Positions 37,031 to 47,284 of a stretch of DNA of 64,000 nucleotides are shown here, piece after piece. Position numbers and translations under genes: made by a program. The DNA is from Microbacterium sp. Its GTDB lineage: Bacteria > Actinomycetota > Actinomycetes > Actinomycetales > Microbacteriaceae. The stretch is from positions 12,443 through 76,442 of the forward strand of contig JBEBSN010000001.1 of NCBI GenBank assembly GCA_040394295.1, given 5' to 3'. Position 1 is the stretch's first letter, and every line of letters begins with the position of its first letter. The notes under the pieces were generated by a model. The model was not told where the DNA came from, made no database searches, and saw nothing but the letters and a program-made list of their open reading frames with translations.

Positions 37031-38795
37031 GGTCAACCCCCACGAAAAGGTGCGCGATAGCCTGGCTGTTTCGAAGCTCCGCCGGCGTTCCGGACGCGAT
37101 CACCCTGCCGTTGTCGACAACAGAGATCTTGTCCGCAATACGCCAGACGAGTTCAAGGTCATGCTCGACGAGGAGCACTGTCACATCCGTCGTGGATATG
37201 ATCTCGCGGAGAAGCTCTCCGAACTCGAGGCGCTCGGCCAGGGAGAGCCCTGCCGCTGGTTCGTCCAGCGCGATCAACTGAGGCCCCATGTACAGCGCCC
37301 TCAGCACCTCGAGGAACCGTCGCTGCCCGTGCGGAAGCACGTCACACCTGGTCGCGTCCCACTCGTCTCGTACCTCATTGAGCGCTTTCTCAAGCCACTC
37401 GATCTTGTACTTGGAACCCTTACCGCAGTCGATGTTCTCCCAGACCGACATCGAATCCAGCAGACGTGGGCTCTGGAACGTACGCGCGAGGCCGAGTCTG
37501 GCACGAGCGCTGGCTGACATGCGGGTCAGGTCGTGTCCGTCGAATTCCATGCGCCCGTCATCGACCGAGATCAACCCGGAAACCGCGTTGAGCAGCGTGG
37601 TCTTCCCCGAGCCGTTCGGACCCACGATCGCGTGCAGGGTGCCGCGGTCGACAGTGATGCTCGCACCATCCAGCGCTTTCACCGACCCGAAGCTCCGAGA
37701 GATCTCGTCGACGACGAGAATCGGCGCATCCTGTTCGCGCTTGCTGACGACAACACCGTCATTGGCTGCCTTCAAGATCGGCTCGAGCGCGATGAGGCCG
37801 CGTTTCTCTTCGCCGCGCTTGAACCAACGCTTCCACACGTCGGACAGACCGTTCGCGATTCCCTCCGGCATCAGATAGATGACGACGATGACGAGCAGAC
37901 CGTAGATGAGCATGCGGAAGTCGATGAAGCTGGTGAGAACGTGATCTGGAACGACGTACAGCAGACCCACACCGAGGATGGGCCCGAGAACCTTACCCGG
38001 GCCACCGATGAGGACCACGAAGTACAGCATCACCGACAGCGCCAGCGTGAACGAGCCAGATCCGACGTACTGGATCACGGCGACGTAGAGGATGCCTGCG
38101 ATGGACGCCGCGACCGAAGCGATAGCGAAGCCTTCAAGCCGCAGGCGGCCGCTCGAAAGCCCGAGGGTGGATGCCGCTTCAGGGCTCTCCCCCGCCATGC
38201 GCATTGCTCGTCCCCAGCCGGACGATTGGAGCGCAGCCGCACCGATCAGGAACACGATGGCGACCACGATGACGATCAGCGTCAGCCAATCGAGAGAGCC
38301 GACGATCGTCTCGTTGATCCCTGACGGGAAGACATTCACCCCGGTCAGGGCGTGGGTCTGATCCTTGAAGGTCACGATCACGTTGGGAAGCGCGAGCGCG
38401 CCCGCCAGTGTCACGAACCCCAGGTAGAAGCCCTGCACTCGAAGCGAGGGCAGCGACATCAGGATGCCGAACACCGTGCCACTCAGAAGACCCAGCAGAG
38501 CCGAGACACCGAATGACAGATCCCAGGCACCGTTGGCCAGGGCCGTCACGTACGCGGCGACGCCGAGAACTGCACCTTGGCCGAAGGACATCTGCTGGGC
38601 CTGAGCCCGCAGAACGTCGAGCCCGATCGCTGCTATGACGTACACAGCTGCCACGAGCATCGCCTGTTGCCAGAACGCGTTGCCGGCAATGGTCGGGACC
38701 AGGATCGCGCCCGCCACCAAGAGAATTCCGACGATGAGCTGTACGCGCATCTCAGGTCGGATGAACCTGCGCTTGAACGAAGTCTTCGCGGTCAT
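37017..38795 (-). CDS. Fused LivM permease-LivG ATPase
   Basis: N-term TMs with SFGQ and GFYLGFVTLA; C-term GPNGSGKTT, ARTFQ, DEPAAGL. Confidence 0.88.
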   Translation of the reverse strand: MTAKTSFKRRFIRPEMRVQLIVGILLVAGAILVPTIAGNAFWQQAMLVAAVYVIAAIGLDVLRAQAQQMSFGQGAVLGVAAYVTALANGAWDLSFGVSALLGLLSGTVFGILMSLPSLRVQGFYLGFVTLAGALALPNVIVTFKDQTHALTGVNVFPSGINETIVGSLDWLTLIVIVVAIVFLIGAAALQSSGWGRAMRMAGESPEAASTLGLSSGRLRLEGFAIASVAASIAGILYVAVIQYVGSGSFTLALSVMLYFVVLIGGPGKVLGPILGVGLLYVVPDHVLTSFIDFRMLIYGLLVIVVIYLMPEGIANGLSDVWKRWFKRGEEKRGLIALEPILKAANDGVVVSKREQDAPILVVDEISRSFGSVKALDGASITVDRGTLHAIVGPNGSGKTTLLNAVSGLISVDDGRMEFDGHDLTRMSASARARLGLARTFQSPRLLDSMSVWENIDCGKGSKYKIEWLEKALNEVRDEWDATRCDVLPHGQRRFLEVLRALYMGPQLIALDEPAAGLSLAERLEFGELLREIISTTDVTVLLVEHDLELVWRIADKISVVDNGRVIASGTPAELRNSQAIAHLFVGVDHVAN

Positions 38796-38811
38796 GTCAT
38801 CAACCTCTTTC

Positions 38812-39696
38812 TCAAACTCTTCGAGCATGCGGTCGTCCAAAGATTCCCTCTGGTTTGAGCATCAGAACAACAATCACCACAGCGAGCGCAGCGACTACCT
38901 GCAGCCCGCCGCCGAATTGATATGTGACGAACATCAGAAGGATTCCGAACAGCGGACCGGCGATCACCGCACCGAAGTTGTTTCCGATACCGCCGACCAC
39001 TGCGACGACGAAGCCGAAGGTGGTGTAGTGAAGACCGCTGGAATCAGCGACCTCGATAACACTGGCTCCGAGGAAACCCGCGATCGCTGTGATGCCTGCT
39101 GCCAGCCCGAAAGAGAAGAGCTGAAGTCGCATCGTAGGAACGCCCGTCGTGCGCGCGGCATCCAGATCCTGGCTGAGCGCGCTCAGCGCGAGCCCTGTCA
39201 ACGACTTGCGCTGATACCAGCGCAGTCCGACCCAGATCAGAATCAGCGCAACGAAGAGCAGCGGATAAGCCCCGGGCACGTTCGATCCTGCCACCGGGAC
39301 TGTCCCGAAGTAGTTCGGAACGTGCACCACCTGAGGACCGATCCACAGGATCAACAATGCTCCGATCACCACGGACGCAGCGATCGTGGTCGGTACCCAC
39401 GAGTGGCCACCGCCTTTTCGGCGCATCGGCAACAACGTCACAAGACCTTGCAGCGTGCCAGCCAGCGCGGTCCCAAGGATCACGGCGACGAAGGCGAGCC
39501 ACCAGAGGATGCTGGCGACTCCGGCGTCATGAGGCACCCAGAGGTACGTCATGACGCCGGAGAGCACCAACAACTGCCCCTGCGCAAAGTTGAGAACACC
39601 CGTGGCGTTATAAGCGACGTTCAGCGCAATCGCAATGAGCCCGTACAGCGAGCCGATGCCCATGCCCCGGACGAGAATGATCAACAGTTCATCCAT
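38812..39696 (-). CDS. LivH-like permease
   Basis: GSLYGLIA, GVLNFAQG, VVGGIG, KPEGIFG. Confidence 0.9.
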   Translation of the reverse strand: MDELLIILVRGMGIGSLYGLIAIALNVAYNATGVLNFAQGQLLVLSGVMTYLWVPHDAGVASILWWLAFVAVILGTALAGTLQGLVTLLPMRRKGGGHSWVPTTIAASVVIGALLILWIGPQVVHVPNYFGTVPVAGSNVPGAYPLLFVALILIWVGLRWYQRKSLTGLALSALSQDLDAARTTGVPTMRLQLFSFGLAAGITAIAGFLGASVIEVADSSGLHYTTFGFVVAVVGGIGNNFGAVIAGPLFGILLMFVTYQFGGGLQVVAALAVVIVVLMLKPEGIFGRPHARRV

Positions 39697-39749
39697 GACA
39701 GTCTTCCATCCTGCTTAATCTCGAATTGATCTCAACCTTGAGCAATCGG

Positions 39750-40976
39750 TCAGCAGCCGTCGACGCGCTGGAGGATGCCGGGAGCGATCTCAGTTCCCGC
39801 GTCGACCAACGTGATCGATTCGGTGTTCATCAGGAAGCGGCTGTCGGCAGTGAGCGCGTACGCGTCGTGCACGACAGGAATCTCCTTGGCCGCTTCAGTG
39901 CCGTTTTCGGCCAACCATGCAGACACCTTGTCGCCGTCGAACGATCCAGAGCCCTCTACGCCTGCTTTGAGCAACCAGAGTCCGTCGTAGAAGGAAGCGA
40001 TGTTGTCGAAGGCAGCGCCGCGGGTGCGATCTTCGCTGTAGGTCGACGTGACCTCATCGATGAAGTCGACCGCTTCCGGACGGACGTCCTCTGCCGTGCA
40101 GGCGCTGAATCCGGGCCAGTTGACCGAGAAGAAGTCCTGATACGCGTCATCGCCTGCAACCGATTTGGCTTGTCCGGAGTACGTGGAAGCGTAGCTACCG
40201 ATCACTGGCACGCTCATGCTCGCCTCGCGCATGGCCTTGATGAAGATGCCGGTGTCGTTTCCCGTCTGCGGAACGATGAGAACCAGATCCGGGTCAGCCT
40301 TCTTGAGTGCCAGAACCTGAGCACTCAGGTCGGAAACCGGAATGTCGTACTCCTGGTTTGCGACCAGTTCGATACCGGCTTCGTCGAGCGCATTCTCAAT
40401 GGCTTCTTGAGCAGCCTTGCCCTGCGCCGCGGAGTAGTTGATCAGCGCGACCCGCTTTGCGTCGAACTTGCTGGCGGCATATTCCACCATCTTCTCGCCC
40501 TGGTAGTCGATGTTCAGCAACATACCGAAGGTGTACGGCGCTACCTCGGGGTCGAGCATGCTGCCGGCACCACTGATGGTGGGGATGTTGGCCTTCGTCA
40601 GCGCGGGAAGCGTCGCCAGCGTCTCATCGCTGGTCATCGGACCGACCAGAAAGTCGATCTTGTCCTCGTTGATCAGTCGGGTCACCGCTGTGACAGCGTT
40701 CGCCGGGTCCAGTTCGGTGTCGACGAAGACAGCCTCAACCTGACGACCATCGATGCCCCCGGCTGCGTTCACCGCTGCGACAGAGAGTTCGACGCCCATT
40801 CGATCCCAGTCCCCGGTTCCCGCAGCCGGTCCGGTTAGTCCGAGGGGAACGCCCAGCTTCAGCACGCCTTCGGCGTCTGACTCAGCGTCGCCAGCGCTGC
40901 AGGCAACGAGGCTGGTGGCAAGCGCAAGTCCGAGAACTGCAGCCGTGAGCCCCTTTGCTCCGACATTCTTTTTCAT
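39750..40976 (-). CDS. LivK-type substrate-binding lipoprotein
   Basis: Lipobox LVAC, LTGPAA, NAAGGIDGR; AGGAG RBS. Confidence 0.88.
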   Translation of the reverse strand: MKKNVGAKGLTAAVLGLALATSLVACSAGDAESDAEGVLKLGVPLGLTGPAAGTGDWDRMGVELSVAAVNAAGGIDGRQVEAVFVDTELDPANAVTAVTRLINEDKIDFLVGPMTSDETLATLPALTKANIPTISGAGSMLDPEVAPYTFGMLLNIDYQGEKMVEYAASKFDAKRVALINYSAAQGKAAQEAIENALDEAGIELVANQEYDIPVSDLSAQVLALKKADPDLVLIVPQTGNDTGIFIKAMREASMSVPVIGSYASTYSGQAKSVAGDDAYQDFFSVNWPGFSACTAEDVRPEAVDFIDEVTSTYSEDRTRGAAFDNIASFYDGLWLLKAGVEGSGSFDGDKVSAWLAENGTEAAKEIPVVHDAYALTADSRFLMNTESITLVDAGTEIAPGILQRVDGC

Positions 40977-40992
40977 TAACATTCTCCTATCA

Positions 40993-41006
40993 ATCATAAC
41001 TATAAA
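40993..41006. promoter_or_regulatory. Operator-like palindrome, copy 3
   Basis: ATCATA-AC-TATAAA just upstream of the SBP RBS. Confidence 0.6.
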
Positions 41007-41141
41007 TGCGACTCTAACCAGGAATCGTACATCGGCCAAATCGAACGGGTCAAGCCTGAAAGTCCGCGAGATTTCGACCCTGGCGCATCAGATCGACGAC
41101 CGTTTCAGATCGCGAAAGTATGGTGCGAATCACGAGGATTC

Positions 41142-41939
41142 TCAGCCGATAAAGCTGCCACCGTTGACGTCCAGTACCGCTCCGGTGATGAATGCCGCCT
41201 CCGGTGACGCGAGGAACAACGTCGCAGCAGCGACATCTACCGGGTACCCGAGTCGGCCTATCGGAATCGCTGCGCGAAATTGCTCGTTGACGCTGTCAGG
41301 AACCATGGCCGACATACCTGTCACGATGCGACCCGGCGTGATGGCGTTGACAGTGATGCCGTCCGCGCCCCACTCGTATGCGAGGGTGCGCGTGACACCG
41401 AGATCAGCAGCTTTTGTCGCGCCGTAATGCAGTCCGGCGATCCTCGCTCCTTCTCGAGCCGCCTGCGACGAGATATTGATGATTCGCCCGAAGCCGCGTC
41501 GCCGCATCGACGGGTACACAGATCGACAGCCGAGGAAAACGCCGGTGAGGTTGACGTTCAACACGCGATTCCACTCATCGAGCGTCATCTCACTGCTCGG
41601 AGTTCGCCGTCCGTCTGTCTTCGGCGAGATGCCCGCATTATTGACCAGCGCGTCGATGCGGCCGAACTTCGACTCCGCCGTGGGGATCACCTGATCGATC
41701 CATGTGGGCTCGCTCGAGACATCGCCCTCGATCCGAATGTAGATGCCGGCATCGGCGGCGTCTGCGAGATCAGCGCTACGGGCATCGGCGAAGGACGTGT
41801 CCACACCGATGACCCTGTACCCGTTCTGCACTGCACTTTCTGCGATGCCCTCACCTATTCCGCGTCCGCTGCCGGTGACGATCATGACCGGCAGCTCAGC
41901 GCTATCGTCGCGCAGGCTCCCGCGGTCGGCCACGGTCAA
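41142..41939 (-). CDS. SDR (FabG-like) oxidoreductase
   Basis: TGSGRGIG, NNAGI, YGATK, DVNGG. Confidence 0.88.
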   Translation of the reverse strand: MTVADRGSLRDDSAELPVMIVTGSGRGIGEGIAESAVQNGYRVIGVDTSFADARSADLADAADAGIYIRIEGDVSSEPTWIDQVIPTAESKFGRIDALVNNAGISPKTDGRRTPSSEMTLDEWNRVLNVNLTGVFLGCRSVYPSMRRRGFGRIINISSQAAREGARIAGLHYGATKAADLGVTRTLAYEWGADGITVNAITPGRIVTGMSAMVPDSVNEQFRAAIPIGRLGYPVDVAAATLFLASPEAAFITGAVLDVNGGSFIG

Positions 41940-44080
41940 CTTTCCTTTCCCGACCGGTGCGGAAGCTCGATGAGCGCGTCCACGGCCACCGGTGAACCGT
42001 CCGCGTCGATCAACACCGGATTGATATCGATGGACTCGATATGAGGCGCCAGTGATGACGCAGCCTCACCGACAGACACGAGCATTCGGGCGAGCGCATC
42101 CACGTCTGCAGCGGCCCTACCCCGGAAGCCCTGCAGCACCTTCGCTCCCTTCAGACCGGCGAGCATATGGTGGGCATCATCCAGCGTCAGCGGCGCCGGC
42201 CGGACCTGAACATCGTTGATGAGTTCAGCGAACACGCCGCCGATGCCGAGCAGCACACTTGGGCCGAAGACCGCGTCCTTGCTCACGCCGACGATCAACT
42301 CACCATGCGATTCGATCCCTCTCTGCACAACGATGCGCGCGTCGCTGATTCCGAGGCGGCCTGCGACATCGAGCATGCCTTGCGCAGCCTCGACCGCCTC
42401 CTCCTCGCTCATGATTGCGAGACGCACTCCGCCGACGTCGCTCTTGTGCGCGAGCTCGCGGCTGAGGATCTTGACCACGACGGGAAAGCCCAACTCAGTC
42501 GCGACGAGACCGGCCCGCTCAGAGGTCTCGACCACGCGCTCGTCCACGACGGGCACGCCAAACTCGCTCAACAGTTGTTTGGACTCGACCTCGGTCAGGT
42601 ACGACGACCCATCCGCGATCGCCGATCGAATCAGATCCGGGACCGGCTCAGCAACGATCTCGTCCGGGCTGGTCCGGGCGGTGATCTCGCGTCCGAGGCT
42701 CTGCCTCCATGAGATCACCGCGCCGGCTGCCTTCATGGCCTGCTGCGGATCGCGGAAGGTTGGCACTCCTGCTGCCGAAAGGATACGTTCGGGATTTCCC
42801 GATCCGCCGACCCAGCTCACATACACGGGCTTGTCGGATCCGGCGGCGATGCCCAGGATGCGCTCGCAGAGGAGCGCTTCCTCCGCCTCCATGTTGCCGA
42901 GAACCACCATGAGGATGTCGGTATCCGGATTCTCCAGGCTGACCCGCATCGAGTCGGAGAGCACATCCAGATCCGAGGCGATCACACCGGTCGTGTCGAT
43001 CGGGTTCGCGGTGGAAGCGAAGTCCGGCAAGAACTGCTGAATCTTGGCCTGCCACTGGTCATCCCATCGGAAGATGTCGATTCCGAGTTCGTCCGCGTAG
43101 TCGGACATCAATGCGCCCGCACCGCCCGACAGGGTCACAATGGTCATCCGGTTGCCTGCCGGGAACTTCCCCGCAGCGAACACCCTGCTGTAATCGAGCA
43201 GTTCCTGCACGTTTTCTGCTCGCTGCACGCCGTACTTGTCGAAGATGCCGTCGTACACCACGTCAGCTCCGGCGAGCGCCCCGGTGTGAGATGCGGCGGC
43301 AGCAGCACCCTTGTCTGAGCGTCCCACCTTCATGAAGCACATCGGGATCTGCTTCTCGTATGCGAGCGCCAACGCGTCTTCGAACGCTTCGCCGTCGCGG
43401 ATCCCCTCGATGTAGCCTGCGACCACCGAGGTGCTTCCCTCTTCAACGAGATGTGCGAGCACCTCGGGAAAACCGAGGTCCGCCTCATTGCCGAGGCTGA
43501 AGAAACGTCCCATACCGAGCCCGGCGCTCTGCGCCATATTGAGGATGAATCCGCCCATCGCCCCGCTCTGCGAAACAAAGGCGATCCCGTCGTCGCGCAA
43601 TTCGAAGCGGTCCTGGTCGAGACCCGTCATGAACGTGACGGTGGCTCTGTTGGCGACCGATACTGCCCCGTTCGAGTTGGGACCGAGCACACGGATACCG
43701 GACTCGCGAGCTGCCTCCTGCAGCTCTTTCTCAAGCTCGACGCCGTCGCCACCGACTTCGGAGAAACCGGCTGCGAAGACGATGGCGAACGCAATGCCCA
43801 GGCGGCCGCAGTCTCGCACGGCCTCGATCGCGAGATGTTGCGGAAGCACGATCACCGCGAGATCCGGAGCCTCCGGCAGATCCCGCACGCTCGCGTATGC
43901 CTTGACGCCCTGCACTTCACTGCGGTTCGGATTGACGGGATAGATCCGACCGGTGAAGCCGTATTTGAGTAAGTACCGCAGCGTGCGACCGGCGGCCCGG
44001 CTTCCGTCGTTCGAGGCTCCGACGATCGTGACGCTTTCAGCGTTCAGAAGTGCGTCGATAGGGGACCGAGAGATATTCAT
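41936..44080 (-). CDS. NDP-forming acyl-CoA synthetase (acetate-CoA ligase family, fused alpha/beta)
   Basis: VGAS, GPNS, SQSG, SHTGALAG phospho-His, NPIDT, HKSDVGGV, DINP. Confidence 0.88.
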   Translation of the reverse strand: MNISRSPIDALLNAESVTIVGASNDGSRAAGRTLRYLLKYGFTGRIYPVNPNRSEVQGVKAYASVRDLPEAPDLAVIVLPQHLAIEAVRDCGRLGIAFAIVFAAGFSEVGGDGVELEKELQEAARESGIRVLGPNSNGAVSVANRATVTFMTGLDQDRFELRDDGIAFVSQSGAMGGFILNMAQSAGLGMGRFFSLGNEADLGFPEVLAHLVEEGSTSVVAGYIEGIRDGEAFEDALALAYEKQIPMCFMKVGRSDKGAAAAASHTGALAGADVVYDGIFDKYGVQRAENVQELLDYSRVFAAGKFPAGNRMTIVTLSGGAGALMSDYADELGIDIFRWDDQWQAKIQQFLPDFASTANPIDTTGVIASDLDVLSDSMRVSLENPDTDILMVVLGNMEAEEALLCERILGIAAGSDKPVYVSWVGGSGNPERILSAAGVPTFRDPQQAMKAAGAVISWRQSLGREITARTSPDEIVAEPVPDLIRSAIADGSSYLTEVESKQLLSEFGVPVVDERVVETSERAGLVATELGFPVVVKILSRELAHKSDVGGVRLAIMSEEEAVEAAQGMLDVAGRLGISDARIVVQRGIESHGELIVGVSKDAVFGPSVLLGIGGVFAELINDVQVRPAPLTLDDAHHMLAGLKGAKVLQGFRGRAAADVDALARMLVSVGEAASSLAPHIESIDINPVLIDADGSPVAVDALIELPHRSGKES

Positions 44081-44182
44081 GTCTTTCCAGTTCTTGTCAC
44101 CGATGGATGGGTAAAAGGGTCGATCTCGCAGGACTCCGGTCGTCCGGTCCCTTTGATCGGGCGGTGCGATCGGGTGCCTGAT

Positions 44183-45214
44183 TCAGGCGGGCGCCGGTTC
44201 ACCCAGTTGTTCGAGGTATCGCGCCCCGACCTCTGCCCGGAGCTCCGCCGGGGTGCCGAACAACCGCTCGAGGGCATACCCTCGTTGCAGCCAGAGATGC
44301 AGGTCGTACTCCCACGTGAAACCGATGCCGCCGTGGTGCTGCAACGCGGTGTAGTTCGCAATGTGCGCTGCTTCGCTGGCGGCGCTCTTCGCCATCGACG
44401 CGGCGATCAACGAATCGCTGAGCCCCTGAACATGGCTGTAGTGCGCATACCAACTGAGGGATCTGGCCGCCTCGATCTGCACCACAGTGTCGGCCATCCG
44501 ATGCTTCAGGCTCTGGAAGGAACCGATCACGCGCCCGAACTGCTCACGCACGAGCATGTACTCCCGCGCCGTGTCGAGCAGTCGTTGTGATATGCCGACG
44601 AGGATCGACGAGAGCGCCGACCGGGTCAATGTCTGCAGGTACTCAGCTGCGCCGGGTGCGTCGGTCAGCAGAGTTTCGTCGCCGAGGTCGGCTTTGACCT
44701 CGCCGAGTCCTAGGGTGGGATCCTGCGCCGCCACCTCGGTGACTGCGGCCCGCTCTCGGGTGACCAGATGCACGTGAGAGCTCCGGGTGATCAGGAACAG
44801 ATCCGCGGTGCTCGCGCCGAGCACCGCACGATCGCCATCGACCTGGACGGCGCACAGAGCACTCCCCTCGGCGATCCTCGGCAACCACTGCCGCTTGGTC
44901 TTCTCATCGGCGAACCGCGCCAAGAACGGCGCCACCACCCCGATCGTGAAAGCGACAGATTCAGCCACCCCGAAGTATCCGAACGACTCGAAGACCAGCG
45001 GCAGATCGAGCCCGTCTCGGCCGAGCCCGCCGTATTCTTCGCTGATCGTCGGCGCCGCGACTCCGACCTCTGCGAGCATCGCGAAGATGTCGGAGTTGGC
45101 GTGCCCTCCGTCCTCCCACTGAGCGCGCAGCGTCGAAGCCGAGAGATGTTGGCCCAGATACTCGTGGACCAGCCGGGCGAACTCCTGTTGCTCTTCGTTG
45201 AAACTAAAGTCCAT
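44183..45214 (-). CDS. Acyl-CoA dehydrogenase, short partner subunit
   Basis: MDFSFNEEQ, REQFGRVIGSFQSLKHR, HGGIGFTWEYDLHLW. Confidence 0.87.
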   Translation of the reverse strand: MDFSFNEEQQEFARLVHEYLGQHLSASTLRAQWEDGGHANSDIFAMLAEVGVAAPTISEEYGGLGRDGLDLPLVFESFGYFGVAESVAFTIGVVAPFLARFADEKTKRQWLPRIAEGSALCAVQVDGDRAVLGASTADLFLITRSSHVHLVTRERAAVTEVAAQDPTLGLGEVKADLGDETLLTDAPGAAEYLQTLTRSALSSILVGISQRLLDTAREYMLVREQFGRVIGSFQSLKHRMADTVVQIEAARSLSWYAHYSHVQGLSDSLIAASMAKSAASEAAHIANYTALQHHGGIGFTWEYDLHLWLQRGYALERLFGTPAELRAEVGARYLEQLGEPAPA

Positions 45215-46367
45215 GGGTCGCCTCCTTCGGCAGCTTCAGTACGCGTTCGGCGATGATGTTCCGCTGGATCTCATTGGACCCGGCATAAACGTGAGCAGCG
45301 CGCGCGAGCCAGTAGCGCTTCTTGTAGTTCTCACCAGGGAAGTCAGCCGTTATCGAGAACTCCGGCGCAAAGTCGAACGCCAGTTCGTAGATCCTCATCT
45401 GCAGGTCGGTCCACCACAACTTGCCCATCGCAGCGACGTCAGGAGCGGCACGGCCGGCCGCCAATTCGCTCAGTGTGCGAAGGCTCATGTACCGATACGC
45501 CTCGATCTGCTCGTAAAGCTGACCTACCCGCGTCTGCACACGAATGTCGCCCAAGGATTCCTCCGGCAGAAGATTGACGGTCGCTTTCAACAGATCGAGG
45601 AAGTGCGCAGCCGTGTTCAATCCGCTGCCGCGCTCATGCCCGAGCGTGGTCATCGCGATGCTCCACCCGTCGTTGATCCGGCCGACCACATTGCCGTAAG
45701 GCACGAGAACGTCGTCGAAGAAGACCTCTGAGAAGTCGGCCTCGTGGTTCATCTGCCGTATGGGGCGAAGAGACACACCCGGATCGCTCATGTCGATGAC
45801 GACGAACGTGATCCCCCGGTGCTTGCGCGCATCAGCATCGGTGCGCACCAGTGCGAAGATCCAGTTCGCGAACCGCGAGTGAGAGGTCCAGATCTTCTGC
45901 CCATTGACGAGGATGCCGTCGTCGGTGAGTTCACCCTTGGTACGAACCGAAGCAAGATCGCTACCTGCGGAAGGCTCACTGAAACCCTGGCACCAGATGT
46001 CCTCGCACGAGAGAATCCGATCGAGCCAACGACGCTTCTGCTCCTCGGTACCGTGCTCGACGATAGTCGGCCCAGCGAGCCCGAGCCCCAGCCTGTTCAG
46101 ACGCTCCGGCGCTCCGGCTGCGACGTACTCGTCGTAGAAGATCGCTGCCGACAGCGGATCCAGCCCTCTGCCACCGAACTCGACCGGCCAATGCACTGCC
46201 GCAAACCCGGCGTCAAAAAGCTTGCGCTCCCAGGATCTGTGCTGCTCGAGCCCCTCGGCCGTCGACGGTGGCAGAAGCCGCTGCGTCGGCACGTTCTCAG
46301 AGAGCCAGCCACGAACTTCATCACGAAGTCTCCGTTGAGCTTCGTCCAACTCAAGATCCATGATCAC
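45204..46367 (-). CDS. Acyl-CoA dehydrogenase
   Basis: WCQGFSEPSAGSDLAS, NGQKIWTS, FSEVFFDDV, YAGSNEIQRNII. Confidence 0.9.
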   Translation of the reverse strand: MIMDLELDEAQRRLRDEVRGWLSENVPTQRLLPPSTAEGLEQHRSWERKLFDAGFAAVHWPVEFGGRGLDPLSAAIFYDEYVAAGAPERLNRLGLGLAGPTIVEHGTEEQKRRWLDRILSCEDIWCQGFSEPSAGSDLASVRTKGELTDDGILVNGQKIWTSHSRFANWIFALVRTDADARKHRGITFVVIDMSDPGVSLRPIRQMNHEADFSEVFFDDVLVPYGNVVGRINDGWSIAMTTLGHERGSGLNTAAHFLDLLKATVNLLPEESLGDIRVQTRVGQLYEQIEAYRYMSLRTLSELAAGRAAPDVAAMGKLWWTDLQMRIYELAFDFAPEFSITADFPGENYKKRYWLARAAHVYAGSNEIQRNIIAERVLKLPKEATHGL

Positions 46368-46458
46368 GACCTGCTTCGATGCATATCATTCAAGATTTCC
46401 CTCCGGACCGACCTGACGCCAGACCGGAGTGACCGGGCCTACGCCGCGAACGGCCGGC

Positions 46459-47253
46459 CTACCGCCACTTCCAGTTCGCTTCTCGCTTCTCGAAGAACGC
46501 ACGCTTGGCTTCCTCGGAGTCCTCGAACCTGCCGAGGCGATTGGTGTAGTCCCACTCGGTGCGGTACTGCTCCTCCATCAGATCGGTTTCGATCCGAACG
46601 ATCGATTCCTTCGCCAGACGCACCGCGATCGGACTCTTGCTCGCGATCTCTCGGGCGAGCTCCTTGGCAGTCTCTAGGGCTTCTCCTGCGGGCACGACCT
46701 CTTCGATTGCTCCGAAACGGTGCATCTCCTGGGCTGACAGTGGGCGTCCGGTGAACATCATCATGCGGGTTTTGTGTGCACCGACGAGGTGCAGCGCCTT
46801 GCTCGCACCGCCAAGCAATCCGACGTTGATCTCGGTGAGCGCGAATGTTGCAGTCTCCGACGCGATGATGAGATCGCTTACTCCCACCAGTCCGAAGCCT
46901 GCTCCGATCGCCGGCCGTTCCACCGCTGCGATCACCGGTACCGCGCAGTGCCGAATCGCATGCTGTGCTGCACGCCATTCCCAGCCGGGGTTCAGGCGGG
47001 TTTTCAACGGGATGTCCTCCCCCGTGCCCGTGCCGGGGAGCTCCTTCAGATCGATACCTCCGCAGAATGCCCGATCGCCCGCTCCGGCGAGCACGACGGC
47101 GCGCACCTGACGGTCACCGTCGAAACTCGAGAACACCTCACGCAGCTCGTGCTGCATGGCAAGGTTCACCGCGTTCACGGGCGGGCGATTCAGCGTCACC
47201 ACTGCGATGCCGTCGACTCGCTCAACCGTGAGGGTCTCGTAGGTCTCGCTCAT
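46459..47253 (-). CDS. Enoyl-CoA hydratase/isomerase
   Basis: LNRPPVNA, FCGGIDL, AIGAG, EINVGLLGG. Confidence 0.88.
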   Translation of the reverse strand: MSETYETLTVERVDGIAVVTLNRPPVNAVNLAMQHELREVFSSFDGDRQVRAVVLAGAGDRAFCGGIDLKELPGTGTGEDIPLKTRLNPGWEWRAAQHAIRHCAVPVIAAVERPAIGAGFGLVGVSDLIIASETATFALTEINVGLLGGASKALHLVGAHKTRMMMFTGRPLSAQEMHRFGAIEEVVPAGEALETAKELAREIASKSPIAVRLAKESIVRIETDLMEEQYRTEWDYTNRLGRFEDSEEAKRAFFEKREANWKWR

Positions 47254-47284
47254 TTCACAGTCCTTAGTCATTTTCTTGGTCGGA

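Noticed and set aside
37017-38795. Permease-ATPase fusion as a novelty
   Set aside because: LivM-LivG fusions are common
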